A stretch of 64,000 nt of DNA. It comes from Pristiophorus japonicus (Eukaryota). The stretch spans positions 67,580,001 through 67,644,000 of the forward strand of contig NC_091997.1 of NCBI RefSeq assembly GCF_044704955.1, read 5' to 3'. The translations under genes and the position numbers were made by a program. Of the stretch, positions 50,031 through 61,731 are shown one piece after another. Below the pieces are notes generated by a model. That model was not told the DNA's origin and made no database searches. It saw only the letters and a list, made by a program, of their open reading frames with translations. Each line of letters starts with the position of its first letter. Position 1 is the stretch's first letter.

Positions 50031-51026
50031 TGGTGGTTAAGAAGGCATACAGAATGCTTGCCTTTCTTGGCCGAGGCATAGAATTTAAGAGCAGGGGGGG
50101 TTATGCTTAAATTATATAATACTTTGGTTAGGCCACAGCTGGAGTACAGCGTGCAGTTCTGGTTGCAGTATTATGGGAAGAACGTGATTGCACAAGAGAG
50201 GTTGCAGAGGAGATTTACTAGGATGCTGCCTGGAATGGAGAATCTTAGTTATGGGGACAGATTGGATAGGCTGGGTTTGTTCTCATTGGAACAGAGGACG
50301 TTGAGAGGAGACCTCATTGAGGTGGACAAACTATTGAGGTGCCTGGACAAAGTGGATCGTAAGGGTCTATTTCCATTGGTGGAAGGGGCTATTACGAGGG
50401 GGCATAGTTTTAAGGTTGTTGGTGGAAGGTTTAGAGGGGATTTGAAGGGGGGCTTCTTTACACAGAGGGTTGTGGGGATCTGGAACTCGCTGCCTGGAAG
50501 AGTGGTGGATGCAGAAACCCTCACCACTTTTAAGAGATGGTTGGATGGGCACTTAAAGTGCAGCAACCTGCAGGGTTACAGACCTAGAGCTGGTAATTGG
50601 GATTCGACTGAATTACCTTTTGTTGGACGGTGCAGATATAATGGTAAGTACTGCAGGGAATAGAATACGGCCAGGGTGATCTCCTGGACTAGTTTCGATC
50701 GCCTGGATGGGTCGGAGAGGAATTTTCCCAGATTTATTCTCCCTAAATTGGCCTGGGTTTTTATCTGGTTTTTGCCTCTCCCAGGAGATCACATGGCTCC
50801 GGTTGGGGTAGAGTGTAGAATGTTTCAGTATAAGGGGTGTCGGAGTTGTCTGGGGCGGACTGGTTGGGCTGGGTGCTCTTTGCCTTTCCGCCATTGTTCA
50901 TTGTTCACAGGTTTATATGTAACCTTCAGGGCAGCTGACCGAGGGCCGTGCGGCTCTTTGTCGGCCGGCGTGGACACGATGGGCCAAAATTACCTCCTTC
51001 TGCGCGGTAAATTTCTATGTTTCTAT
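50031..51026 (+). mobile_element. CR1 3' fragment with a long 3' UTR, inserted in the SINE tail
   Basis: 186-aa open ORF2 end MLKLYNTLVRPQLEYSVQFW...; ends tttctatgtttctat. Confidence 0.88.
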
Positions 51027-51549
51027 ATAAATGCAAGTGTTTTAGTGTCCCGTACGGTGGATGTGGGGGTAACGTGATCAGTCTTGTCTGTGATAGTCCT
51101 TACATTCGAACAGGCACCGTCTCTCCAGAATCACGCATCGTGGGACCACTTGGGCAAGTCTTGTCAACATTCGTGGAGCTGTGCTTCAGCAAGGAGATGA
51201 AGGCAAAATATCCAAGGCCGTAATATGTGCTGGGCATCGACTCTCCTGATTAATCAACTGCAGATTGCCCCTGCTTAACCAGTGCTGTAGTGTAGCGATG
51301 TTTGACGTACATACTGACATCTGTTCCCAACAAAACGATTGTCCAAGCACAACCCCAAACCTCACGTGAAAATGGAAACACATGTACTGCAGCCCATAAC
51401 CGATAGTGGGGAATATATCAGCGCTGTTATCTCATCTTGGTGTTCACATGCAGTTTGTCAAACCACTCACTTTCATGTGATTAGATTACTGGCTTGTAAT
51501 CTCTCCCAGGTATTCATTATATAACGTAGGCTGTATTTTTTGGGGGGGA

Positions 51550-52530
51550 AAAAAAGCATATGGGAATCGTTGGCTTTATTAATCAAGGCAGAGAGTACAA
51601 AAGCCAGGAGTTTATGCTCAATTTGTATAAAGCACGCGTTAGGCCTCGGCTGGAGTATTGTGTCCAAATCTGGGTACGGCACTTTAGGAAGGATGTCAAG
51701 GCCTTGAAGAGGGTGCAGAGGAGGCTTACTGGAATGGTCCCAGGGATGAGAAGCTTCAGTTATATGGAGAAGCTGGGGGTTGCTCTCCTTGGGGCAGTGA
51801 AGGGTATGTGGAGAGTTGGTGGAGGTGTTCGCAATCATGAAGCATTTTGATGAGAATAAATAAGGAGAAACGGTTTCCAGTGGCAGGAGATGCAAGGTGA
51901 TTGCCAATGAAGTGCGTTTGGAGTGGAGTCACTGTTGTAATGTGGGAAACGTTTTGTGCACAGCAAGCTCCCACACACAGCACTGTGATAATGACCAGAT
52001 AATCTGTTTTAGTGATGTTGATTGAGGGATAAATATTGGCCCAGGACACCGAGGATAACTCCCCTGCTCTTCTTCGAAATAGTGGCCGTGGGATCTTTTA
52101 CATCCACCTGAGGGAGCAGACAGGGCCTCGGTTTAACATCTCATCCGAAAGACGGCACCTCAGACAGTGCCGCACTCCCTCAGCACTGCCCCTCCGACAG
52201 TGCGGCGCTCCCTCAGCACTGCCCCTCCGACAGTGCGTCGCTCCCTCAGCATTGCCCCTCCGACAGTGCGCCTCTCCCTCAGCACTGCCCCTCCGACAGT
52301 GCGCCGCTCCCTCAGCACTGCCCCTCCGACAGTGCGGCGCTCCCCCAGCACTGTCCCTCCGACAGTGCGCCTCTCCCTCAGCACTGCCCCTCCGACAGTG
52401 CGGCGCTCCCTCAGCACTGCCCCTCCGACAGTGCGCTGCTCCCTCAGCACTGCCCCTCCGACAGTGCGGCACTCCCTCAGCACTGCACTAGGAGAGTCGG
52501 CCTGGATTTTTGAGTTCGAGTCTCTGGAGG
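51550..52530. mobile_element. CR1 fragment (+ 51550-51890) and DeuSINE-like element (- 51900-52530, 10 units)
   Basis: LYKARVRPRLEYCVQIW; array 52158-52488. Confidence 0.85.
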
Positions 52531-53034
52531 GTGATCAGGTTGAAGGCATTCTGTACTATTTAGAGAGCCCCTTGCAGCATCTTTAGACATCGCACGGCGC
52601 TAATAAAATGCCGATGTCTTCTTGGAAATGCTTCTCCCTGCCAGGGTTATGACTGGAAATCTGACTTTTGGCAAACGGATAAAGTAGAGTTCCAGTTATT
52701 GGCAAGGCAAACTGCTGTAACATTGCGAGAAATCCTCTAATAGTGTGGAAAGCTGCTAATGTTTATACATGCCTACGGGTGGCTGCAGCTTCAAGTTACA
52801 ACAACAACCTGCACTTGTATGGCAGCCTCAACACAGCAAAGCCTGCGGGCGGGGCGAGGGAGTGATGGACGCCGAGAGGTTAGAGCATTTTGCGATGGTG
52901 CTCAAAGGCTTTGGTTAATGAAGCGGGTTTTGAGGAAGTTTTTGAACGAAGGGAGGGGGATGAGGCAGAGTGGTTTAGGGAGGGAGGGAGTTCTAGAATT
53001 CAGGACAGCCCAGAGTGGACTGGGGGGGGGGGGG

Positions 53035-53785
53035 GGGATGTGGGCGTCGCTGGCCAGCCCGGCATTTATTGCCCATCCCTAATTGCCCCTTGAGAAGGTG
53101 GTGGTGAGCCGCCTTCTTGAACCGCTGCAGTCCGTGTGGTGAAGGTACTCCCACAGTGCTGTTAGGGAGGGAGGTCCAGGATTGTGACCCAGCGACGATG
53201 AAGGAACGGCCGATATATTCCCAAGTCGGGATGGTGCGTGACTGGGAGGGGAACGTGGAGGTGGTGGTGTTCCAATGCGCCTGCTGCCCTTGTCCTTCTA
53301 GGGGGTAGAGGTCGCGGGTTTGGGAGGTGCTGCCGAAGAAGCCTTGGCAAGTTGCTGCAGTGCATCTTGTAGATGGTGCACACTGCAGCCACGGTGCGCC
53401 GGTGGTGGAGGGAGTGAATGTTGAAGGTGGTGGGGAGCGTGGCCCATCGAGCGGGCTGCTTTGTCCTGGATGGTGTCGAGCTTCTCGAGTGTTGTTGGAG
53501 CTGCACTCATCCAGGCAAGTGGAGAGTATTCCATCACACTCCTGACTTGTGCCTTGTAGATGGTGGGAAGGCTTTGGAGAGTCAGGAGGTGAGACACTCG
53601 CCGCAGAATACCCAGCCTCTGACCCGCTCTTGTTGCCACAGTATTTATGTGGCTGGTCCAGTTAAGTTTCTGCTCAATGGTGACCCCAGGATGTTGGGGC
53701 GATGGTAATGCCATTGAATGTCAAGGGGCGGTGATTAAACGCTGCTTGTTAGAGTTAACCATTGCCTGACATTTGTGTGGCAAGT
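53035..53785 (-). mobile_element. CR1-superfamily (Zenon/Crack-like) LINE 3' fragment
   Basis: GVTIEQKLNWTSHINTVATRAGQRLGILRRVSHLL...IYKAQVRSVMEYSPLAW. Confidence 0.8.
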
Positions 53786-53786
53786 G

Positions 53787-54636
53787 AGGAACCGCCGCAC
53801 TGTCGGAGGGGCAGTGCTGAGGGAGTGCCGCACTGTCGGAGGGGCAGTGCTGAGGGAGCGCCGCACTGTCGGAGGGGCAGTGCTGAGGGAGCGCCGCACT
53901 GTCGGAGGGGCAGTGCTGAGGGAGTGCCGCACTGTCGGAGGGGCAGTGCTGAGGGAGCGCCGCACTGTCGGAGGGGCAGTGCTGAGGGAGCGCCGCACTG
54001 TCGGAGGGTCGGTGCTGAGGGAGCGCCGCACTGTCGGAGAGGCGGTGCTGAGGGAGCGCCGCACTGTCGGAGGGGCGGTGCTGAGGGAGCGCCGCACTGT
54101 CGGAGGGGCAGTGCTGAGGGAGCGCCGCCCTGTCGGAGGGGCAGTGCTGAGGGAGCGCCGCACTGTCGGAGGGGCGGTGCTGAGGGAGCGCCGCACTGTC
54201 GGAGAGGCGGTGCTGAGGGAGCGCCGCACTGTCGGAGAGGCGGTGCTGAGGGAGCGCCGCACTGTCGGAGGGGCAGTGCTGAGGGAGCGCCGCACTGTCG
54301 GAGGTGCCGTCTTTCGGATGAGATGTTAAACAAAGACCCATCTGCCCCCTCAGGTGGATGTAAAAGATCCCACGGCACTATTTCGAAGAAACGCAGGGGA
54401 GTTCTCCCCGGTGTGCTGGGGCCAATATTTATCCCTCAATCAACATAACAAAAAAAACAGATTATCCGGTCATTATCACATTGCTGTGTGTGGGAGCTTG
54501 CTGTGCGCAAATTGGCTGCCGTGTTTCCCACATTACAACAGTGACTACACTCCAAAAGTACTTCATTGGCTGTAAAGTGCTTTGAGATCGTCCGGTGGTC
54601 GTGAAAGGCGCTATATAAATGCAAGTCTTTCTTTCT
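53787..54636 (+). mobile_element. Headless DeuSINE-like element, about 16 units
   Basis: The array starts directly at the LINE junction; core and tail are intact. Confidence 0.88.
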
Positions 54637-55486
54637 GCATGTGGGCATGGACTGCTCCATTATCGGTACAGGAGGTTAAAGTTGAAAGAGCTGGGGATGG
54701 GGGCTAGGTCCTGGGTTGGTGGAGGTTGCGGAGAACAGGTGGGGCTGGGCCATTGAGCGATACGTCCCCATCACGTTATACGTGGTCTTGTCCAGGAAGT
54801 TGCGGGGAACCTGACTTGACCACATGATGCGCTGTGCGAAGCTGCAAGGCCCTGCCAGCCTCGTCAAACGAAATGTTAAAAGAGTTACAGGGGCCATCTG
54901 GCTTTGATTTTATTTCGCCAGCCTTAACGCCATCCAGCAAAGAGGTCTCGCTTGAAGATCCCTTTGAAACTGTCGCGAAGAAAGGATTGTAAATGGTCAC
55001 GTTGCCATTTTTTCCACTGCCGGCTTTTTGATCTAAAATTGGCTCCTTTTTTGCCCATTAGCGATACCACATAAAGCACCCGTTAACCATGTAGGGGAAC
55101 TGACCCCCTGAAAATATCGGCACCCTGCTGGAGACCCCAGGTCCCTGCTTCTGAGCGACCACGGGGTCAGTCCACGTCACTGGGTGTTCTCCCGTCTGCC
55201 TTGACGATGAAATATGGCATCAGAAGTAAGGTGCTGATGGGTTGAGATGTATAACTCTGATGATGGAGCAGTCCGGGACTTCCTGATGGGCTGCTGAAGT
55301 TGATGGGCGCCTGTGTGAAAGCCCATTCCATTCTGTCTGAATGTTGTATAATGGGAGTTTGTCGTTTTCAGCCAGAACCTCCCAAGGACTGCCCACATCA
55401 TTTTCAGTCCGTCAAACGTTAACTGTTCAGGTAATAAACCGGGGCCATGGGAGTGCAGTGGTTGTACATTACTGCAGTGACTACAG

Positions 55487-56230
55487 TGCTCAGGAGGGCA
55501 GAGTTAGAGGAGCGCAGACATCTCGGGGAGGGGTGGGTTGTGGGGCTGGAGGAGGTTACAGAAATAGGGAGGGGCGAGGGCCATGGGGGGATTTGAAAAC
55601 CAGGATGAGAATTTTGAAATCGAGGCATTGCTTAACCGGGAGCAAATGTAGGTCGGCGAGCACAGGGGGTGAGCGGGACTCGGTGCGAGTTAGGACACGG
55701 GGCAGCGAGCACAGGGGGTGATGGGTGAGCGAGACTTGGTGCGAGTTAGGACACGGGGCAGCGAGCACAGGGGATGATGGGTGAGCGGGACTCGGTGCGA
55801 GTTAGGACACGGGGCAGCGAGCACAGGGGGTGATGGGTGAGCGGGACTCGGTGCAAGTTAGGACACGGGGCAGCGAGCACAGGGGGTGATGGGTGAGCGG
55901 GACTCGGTGTAAGTTTGCACACGGGGCAGCGAGCACAGGGGGCGATGGGTGAGCAGGACTCGGTGCAAGTTAGGACAGGGGGTGATTGGTGAGCAGGACT
56001 CAGTGCAAGTTAGGACACGGGGCAGCGAGCACAGGGGGCGATGGGTGAGCGGGACTTGGTGCGAGTTAGGACACGGGGCAGCCGAGTTTTGGATCACCTC
56101 TAGTTCATGTAGGATAGAATGTGGGAGGCCGGCCAGGAGTGCGTTGGAGTAATCAAGTCTAGAGGTAACGAAGGCAATGATGAGGGCTTCAGCAGCAGAT
56201 GAGCTGAGGCAAGGGTGGAGACGGGCGATG
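55487..56230 (-). mobile_element. L2 fragment with a 56-bp array (55655-56085, about 8 units)
   Basis: VLADLHLLPVKQCLDFKILILVFK; unit gcgagcacagggggtgatgggtgagcgggactcggtgcgagttaggacacggggca. Confidence 0.85.
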
Positions 56231-57436
56231 TAGGAACAGGAGGAGGCAATTCAGCCCCTTGAGCCTGCTCTACCCTTCAAATGAGATCATGTCTGATCTA
56301 CACCTCAACTCCATTTACCCACCTTGATGGCTGCCTTGATGCCCTTCAGTGTATTCAAGACAGAGGTGGATCACTTTTTGGGAATTAAGGGCAGGAAGGT
56401 GGAGTTGAGGTCGAAGATCAGCCGAATGGCCGACTCCTGCTGCTAATTCTTATGTTCTTACCTGATACAGAAGAATCTGACCAATCCTCAGTCTTGAGAA
56501 CTCTCTCAGTGTGCACAGCCTTTGCGGGCGGAGTAAGTTCCAGATTCCCACTGCCCTTTGTGTGGGCAACCCACTGTGCGAGTTTTGGTCGCGAACAGCC
56601 CAACTCTCGGCCTTTGGGGTTGGGTGATGGGAACTATCTCCACTCTGACCTATCCCTCACGCCCTTCCCAAAGGCCTTTCCTCGCGCTGACAGCGCGTTG
56701 ATTTGCGAATGTTGCTTTAATCTTTCGGTGTGCCATCTGATGTGACCCCCTCATCACCGCAGGGTGCAGTAAGTGATGGGGAGCGGGAACTTGTCTCGTT
56801 ATTGCCCCCTCCCCCCGGTGAGTCCATTAGTGGGTGTCTGAATCCCCCAGAGCTTCTGCCTGGTAATGTACTCAGTAACTCTGGCTAAATTGCTTTGTTG
56901 ACCGCAATTGTTAAGTGTTAAATTAACACAGATGATTTATCGGTGAGCGCTCTGTTGTGCATATGATAAATGGATCCTTTTATTTTGTTAGTCGTTTATA
57001 GCTGATTACCGTTGCGAGGGGAGAAATGTAGTTGAAGACGATTAAATTAATTAGTGGGACTTGAATTCCTGGATGTAGAAACAAATTGGCGGTGTTTGAG
57101 AACAGAAGGCTGAGCTTCCCTTCGTACTTTAACCCGCTGTAATCGAACGCTATGGAGACTGAGGGCCAGATTTACTCTAGCCTGCCCTGCGCTGCACCAG
57201 CGGCAAAATGGGATGGTGCAATGTCCCTGTTCTCTGGTGATGATGTCCACAATCTCTGTGTATTGGCACTACCAGGACCGCAATTGCCCACCGCACGAAA
57301 TGGGGGGACACATCGAAACCGGGCCGCCCCCAGTGTACGGGACGACCCAACCATTGAAATTCAGGACTTTGGGGGGTGGGGGGGGGTTAGATCGGGGCGG
57401 AAGCAACTGACGCTGCAAGGCATCAGCGCCGTGCCA

Positions 57437-57893
57437 TAACAGGCTCGAGGGGCTGAATGGCCTCCTCCTGTTCCTGTGTAACAGGCTCGAGGGGCTGAAT
57501 GGCCTCCTCCTGTTCCTGTGTAACAGGCTCGAGGGGCTGAATGGGCTCCTCCTGTTCCTGTGTAACAGGCTCGAGGGTCTGAATGGCCTCCTCCTGTTCC
57601 TGTGTAACAGGCTCGAGGGTCTGAATGGGCCTCCTCCTGTTCCTAATGTAACAGGCTCGAGGGGCTGAATGGGCCTCCACCTGTTCTTGTGTAACAGGCT
57701 CGAGGGGCTGAATGGTCTCCTCCTGTTCCTGTGTAACAGGCTCGAGGGGCTGAATGGCCTCCTCCTGTTCCTAATGTAACAGGCTCGAGGGGCTGAATGG
57801 GCCTCCACCTGTTCCCGTGTAACAGGCTCGAGGGGCTGAATAGCCTCCTGTTCCCGTGTAACAGGCTCGAGGGGCTGAATAGCCTCCTGTTCC
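57437..57893 (+). repeat. About 42-bp minisatellite (about 11 units) derived from the CR1 3' terminus
   Basis: Unit taacaggctcgaggggctgaatggcctcctcctgttcctgtg versus the CR1 end caggctcgaggggccgaatggccgactcctgctcct. Confidence 0.88.
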
Positions 57894-58469
57894 TATATAT
57901 TCCCACTGAAGCAGATATTTGTGGAACAGTACCTTCTGTAAGCAGTCGGTTCATTCAGGGTTATAATGGGAGCCGGGGGGAGGGGGGAGGAGAAGGGAAT
58001 TATTTGTGAGAAAATAATTGCTTTTTTGGTGCAGAAATTGTGCCTCCAAGGCACTGGCCAGAAGCACAGACTAGTTCAGTTCTTTGTGCTTATACTCAAA
58101 CTTTGTAATGCAAGTGGTATGTTTTAATTAAAAGTCAGCTTGTAGGGCAGTGCAGGTGTGTGGGACAAGGTACATTGTGTACCTGAGCGTTGGACTCTGT
58201 TTTCTCGCTCCCTGCAATTATGTTTTCACTTAACTAAATTACATACTGAAGAACTGTACGTACTGTATAAAACGCACTGCAGGACAAACCTATTTTCAAC
58301 TTAAGTGCTGCTTTGGATTGACATAATAGGACATCTTCGAACTGCTTAAAGGGAAAAGAGAGCCCTTTTTTTTATTTCCCAAAACTTTTCTTTTGAAGGT
58401 TTCCAGCTGTGTCTCTGTTGCCGGGTCTGTTGGGCTCTGAAGGGTTTGCTGTTTGTGCAGCCAGCAGAA

Positions 58470-59180
58470 ACAACAACAGTTTGCATTTATATAGTGCCTT
58501 AGCGTAGTGAAACCTCCCAAGGCGCCTCACAGGAGCGTAATTGGACAAAACTTGACACCGAGCCACACGAGGAGAAGTTAGGGCGGAGAGGTAGTTTTTA
58601 AGCAGCGCCGTAAAGGAGAGAGGCACGGAGAGGTTTAGGGAGGGAGTTCCAGAGCTTGGGGCCCAGGCAACAGAAGGCACGGCCACCGATGGTGGAGCGA
58701 TTATAATCAGGGATGCTCAGGGGCAGAATTAGAGGAGCGCAGAGATCTCGGGGGTTTGTGAGACTGGAGGTGATTATAGAGATAGGGAGGGGCGAGGGCC
58801 ATGGAGGGAATTGTAAACAAGGATGAGAATTTTGAAATCGAGGCGTTGCTTAACCGGGAGCCAATGTAGGTCAGCGAGCACAGGGAGTGATGGGTGAGCG
58901 GGACTGGGTGTGATTCGGGACATGGGGCACAGGGAGTGATGGGTGAGCGGGACTGGGTGTGAGTCGGGACATGGGGCACGGGGTGATGGGTGAGCGGGAC
59001 TGGGTGCGAGTCGGGACATGGGGCACGGGGTGATGGGTGAGCGGGACTGGGTGCGAGTCGGGACACGGGGCACGGGGTGATGGGTGAGCGGGACTGGGTG
59101 CGAGTCGGGACACGGGGCAGCCCAGTTTTGGATGAGCGGAAGTTTAGAGAGGGTGCAAGGTATGCGGCCGGCTGGGAGAG
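58470..59180 (-). mobile_element. L2 3' fragment with a 49-bp array (58880-59118, 5 units)
   Basis: LPVLADLHWLPVKQRLDFKILILVY. Confidence 0.85.
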
Positions 59181-59274
59181 TCGAGTATGCAAGGACAAAA
59201 ATCACTGCAGGAAACCCGACGGTTGCAGTGACTCCGGCAAGTTCACTCGGGTGTTGCCCGCATGTAGTGCTAGG

Positions 59275-59772
59275 GGCACTGACCGCGCTCAACCAGACCA
59301 ACATCCCCAGCATTGAAGCACTGACCACACCGGGGCAGGGCCACACTGTCCGCATGCCAGACGCGAGACTCCCAAAGCAAGCGCTCCACTCGGGACTCCT
59401 TCACGGCAAACGAACCAAAGATGGGCAGAGGAAACGTTACAGGGACACCCTCAAAGCTTCCCTGATAAAGTGCAACATCGCCACCGACACCTGGGAGTCC
59501 CTGGCCAAAGACCGCCCTAAGTGGAGGAAGTGCATCCGGGAGGGCGCTGAGCACCTCGAGTCTCATCGCCGAGAGCATGCAGAAACCAAGCGCAGGCAGC
59601 GGAAGGAGCGTGCGGCAAACCTGTCCCACCCTCCCCTTCCCTCAACGACTATCTGTCCCACCTGTGACAGGGACTGTGGTTCTCATATTGGACTGTTCAG
59701 CCACCTGAGAACTCATGTTAAGAGTGGAAGCAAGTCTTCCTCGATTCTGAGGGACTGCCTATGATAATGATG
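59275..59772 (+). mobile_element. RTE-clade LINE 3' end
   Basis: GHTVRMPDARLPKQAL...GQRKRYRDTLKASL...CPTCDRDCGSHIGLFSHLRTH; tail atgataatgatga. Confidence 0.9.
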
Positions 59773-60227
59773 AGTGCTAGGGGATTGCAGAAAGTGGTGG
59801 TTGAATCGATTGCCCCCACTGGACATGTGTCACCACCTTTCAGCTGGGTCTTGCACGACAAGAACACATCTGACTGCAGCACACCGCTCCCATGTACACT
59901 GACGTCTGTAGTTGCGTACGGTCTCATCGTCATCTTTTATGCAGTGTAGGTGGGGCTTAACCGTAAAATCATGACCTTGAGCATCCCTGATTATGATCGC
60001 TCCACCATCGGTGGCCGTGCCTTCTGTTGCCTGGGCCCCAAGCTCCGGAACTCCCTCCCTAAACCTCTCCGCCTCTCTACCTCAACGCACCTTAAAACCC
60101 ACCTCTTTGACCAAGCTTTTGGCTGTCTGTCCAAATGTCTCCTTGCGTGGCTCCGTGTCCAATTTCGCTAACGCTCCTGTGAACTGCCCTGGGACATTAA
60201 AGGCGCTATATAAATGCAAGTTTCAGG

Positions 60228-60690
60228 TACAGTAGCACAGTGGTGATGTAACTGGACCAGCAATCCAGAGGCCTGATGTTCCGGAGACCCGTGTTCAAAT
60301 CCCATCACGGCAGCTGGGGAATAAATGTTGGCTTTGCCAGCGACACCCTGGACTAAAGATACGCAAAACTGCCGGATTGTCGTAAAAACCCAACTGGTTC
60401 GCTGATGACCCTTTAGGGAAGGAAATCTGCTGCCCTTACCCGGTCTGGCCGATATGTGACTCCAGACCCACAGCAATGTGGTTGACTCTTAACTGCCCCT
60501 CTGGAATGGCCCAGTGAGACACTCCGTTGTACCAAACCGCTCCACCAAAGTCATGCTGTGGGAGCACCTTCACCACACGGACTGCAGCGGTTCAAGAAGG
60601 CGGCTCACCACCACCTTCTCAAGGGGCAATTAGAGATGGGCAATAAATGCCGGCCTTGCCAGCGATGCCCACATCCTGTGAAGGAATAAA
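60228..60690 (+). mobile_element. Second tRNA-derived SINE family, with the 3' tail of the Zenon/Crack-like LINE
   Basis: Box A tagcacagtgg, box B gttcaaatccc; 60560-60690 is the reverse complement of about 11830-11960 and 53035-53160. Confidence 0.75.
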
Positions 60691-60714
60691 TTTTGTTAAA
60701 AATAGTTATTTATA

Positions 60715-61318
60715 AGAACATGAACAGGAACAGGAGTAGGCCATATGGCCCCTCGAGCCTGCTCCGCCATTTAATACGATCGTGGCTGATCCGATCATGG
60801 ACTCAGCTCCACTTCCCTGCCCGCTCTCCATAACCCCTTATTTCCTTCCTTGTCGGTTAAGAAACTGTCTGTCTTAAATTTATTCCCTTGTACACCTGGA
60901 TTTAAGTAATCAGGTTGAATACAGAAGACAGAGTCAACAAGGGTACCATGATCGGGCAACTGTGTCATGCGAGATTTCTGTTAATGATCCTGTATATGTG
61001 TTGAATTCCACAGCTCTCTGAGGCAGCGAATTCCACAGATTTACAACCCTCTGAAGAAATTTCTCCTCATTTCAGTTTTAAATGGGTGGCCCCTTATTCT
61101 AAGACCATGCCCCCTAGTTCTAGTCTCCCCCATCAGTGGAAACATCCTCTCTGCATCCACCTTGTCAAGCCCCCTCATAATCTTATACGTTTCGATAAGA
61201 TCACCTCTCATTCTTCTGAATTCCAACCTGCTCAACCTTTCCTCATAAGTCAACCCCCTCATCCCCGGAATCAACCGAGTGAACCTTCTCTGAACTGCCT
61301 CCAAAGCAAGTATATATG
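60715..61318 (-). mobile_element. CR1 3' fragment ending about 56 bp before the exon acceptor
   Basis: ILALEAVQRRFTRLIPGMRGLTYEERLSRL...FKTEMRRNFF. Confidence 0.85.
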
Positions 61319-61374
61319 CAGGAATATAAAAATGCAATCGTCTCATGTTTGTGTCTTTGTGTTTTGTTTTACAG

Positions 61375-61678
61375 TCTGCCCAAAAGCTTGCGGGAAGCAG
61401 GCTTGCAATGACAAGGAGGAGTGTTGCCACGACGAGTGCCTCGGAGGCTGTACTGCGCTGAACGATAACCGGGCCTGCGTGGCGTGTCGGAACTACTACC
61501 TCGAGGGCCAGTGCCTGTCCAAGTGCCCGCCGGGCACCTACAAGTACGACAGCTGGCGCTGCGTGACCAAGGAATTCTGTTCCAAGATCCCTGGCGAGAA
61601 TCCCAAGGACCAGTTTGCGCTCCATCAGGGGGAGTGTATTCCCAACTGCCCGTCGGGATATACCCGCAACGGCAGCAG
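61375..61678 (+). CDS. INSRR: Internal coding exon (exon 3 equivalent, cysteine-rich furin-like domain) of an insulin-receptor-family receptor tyrosine kinase; most like insulin receptor-related receptor, with IGF1R the alternative
   Basis: Encodes (V)CPKACGKQACNDKEECCHDECLGGCTALNDNRACVACRNYYLEGQCLSKCPPGTYKYDSWRCVTKEFCSKIPGENPKDQFALHQGECIPNCPSGYTRNGS. Pyrimidine-rich acceptor ...gttttgttttacag ends at 61374; donor AG|gttggt starts at 61679. Phase 1 to phase 2, as in exon 3 of this family. It lacks the INSR-specific extra Cys pair. LGGC, RACVACR, CPPGTY.Y.SWRCVT and HQG favour INSRR. The family call is near certain, the paralog call about 0.65. Confidence 0.93.
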
Positions 61679-61731
61679 GTTGGTGCAGCGCCTGCGGTGT
61701 CTCGTGCCGCGCGGGAAACAGCAGACGCTCG

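Larger units (their letters stand above)
1..61374 (+). other. Part of a long intron (intron 2 equivalent, over 61 kb) of the insulin-receptor-family gene
   Basis: No ORF resembling the roughly 185-aa L1-domain exon 2 appears upstream in the window; the sequence is dominated by retroelements. Confidence 0.8.
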
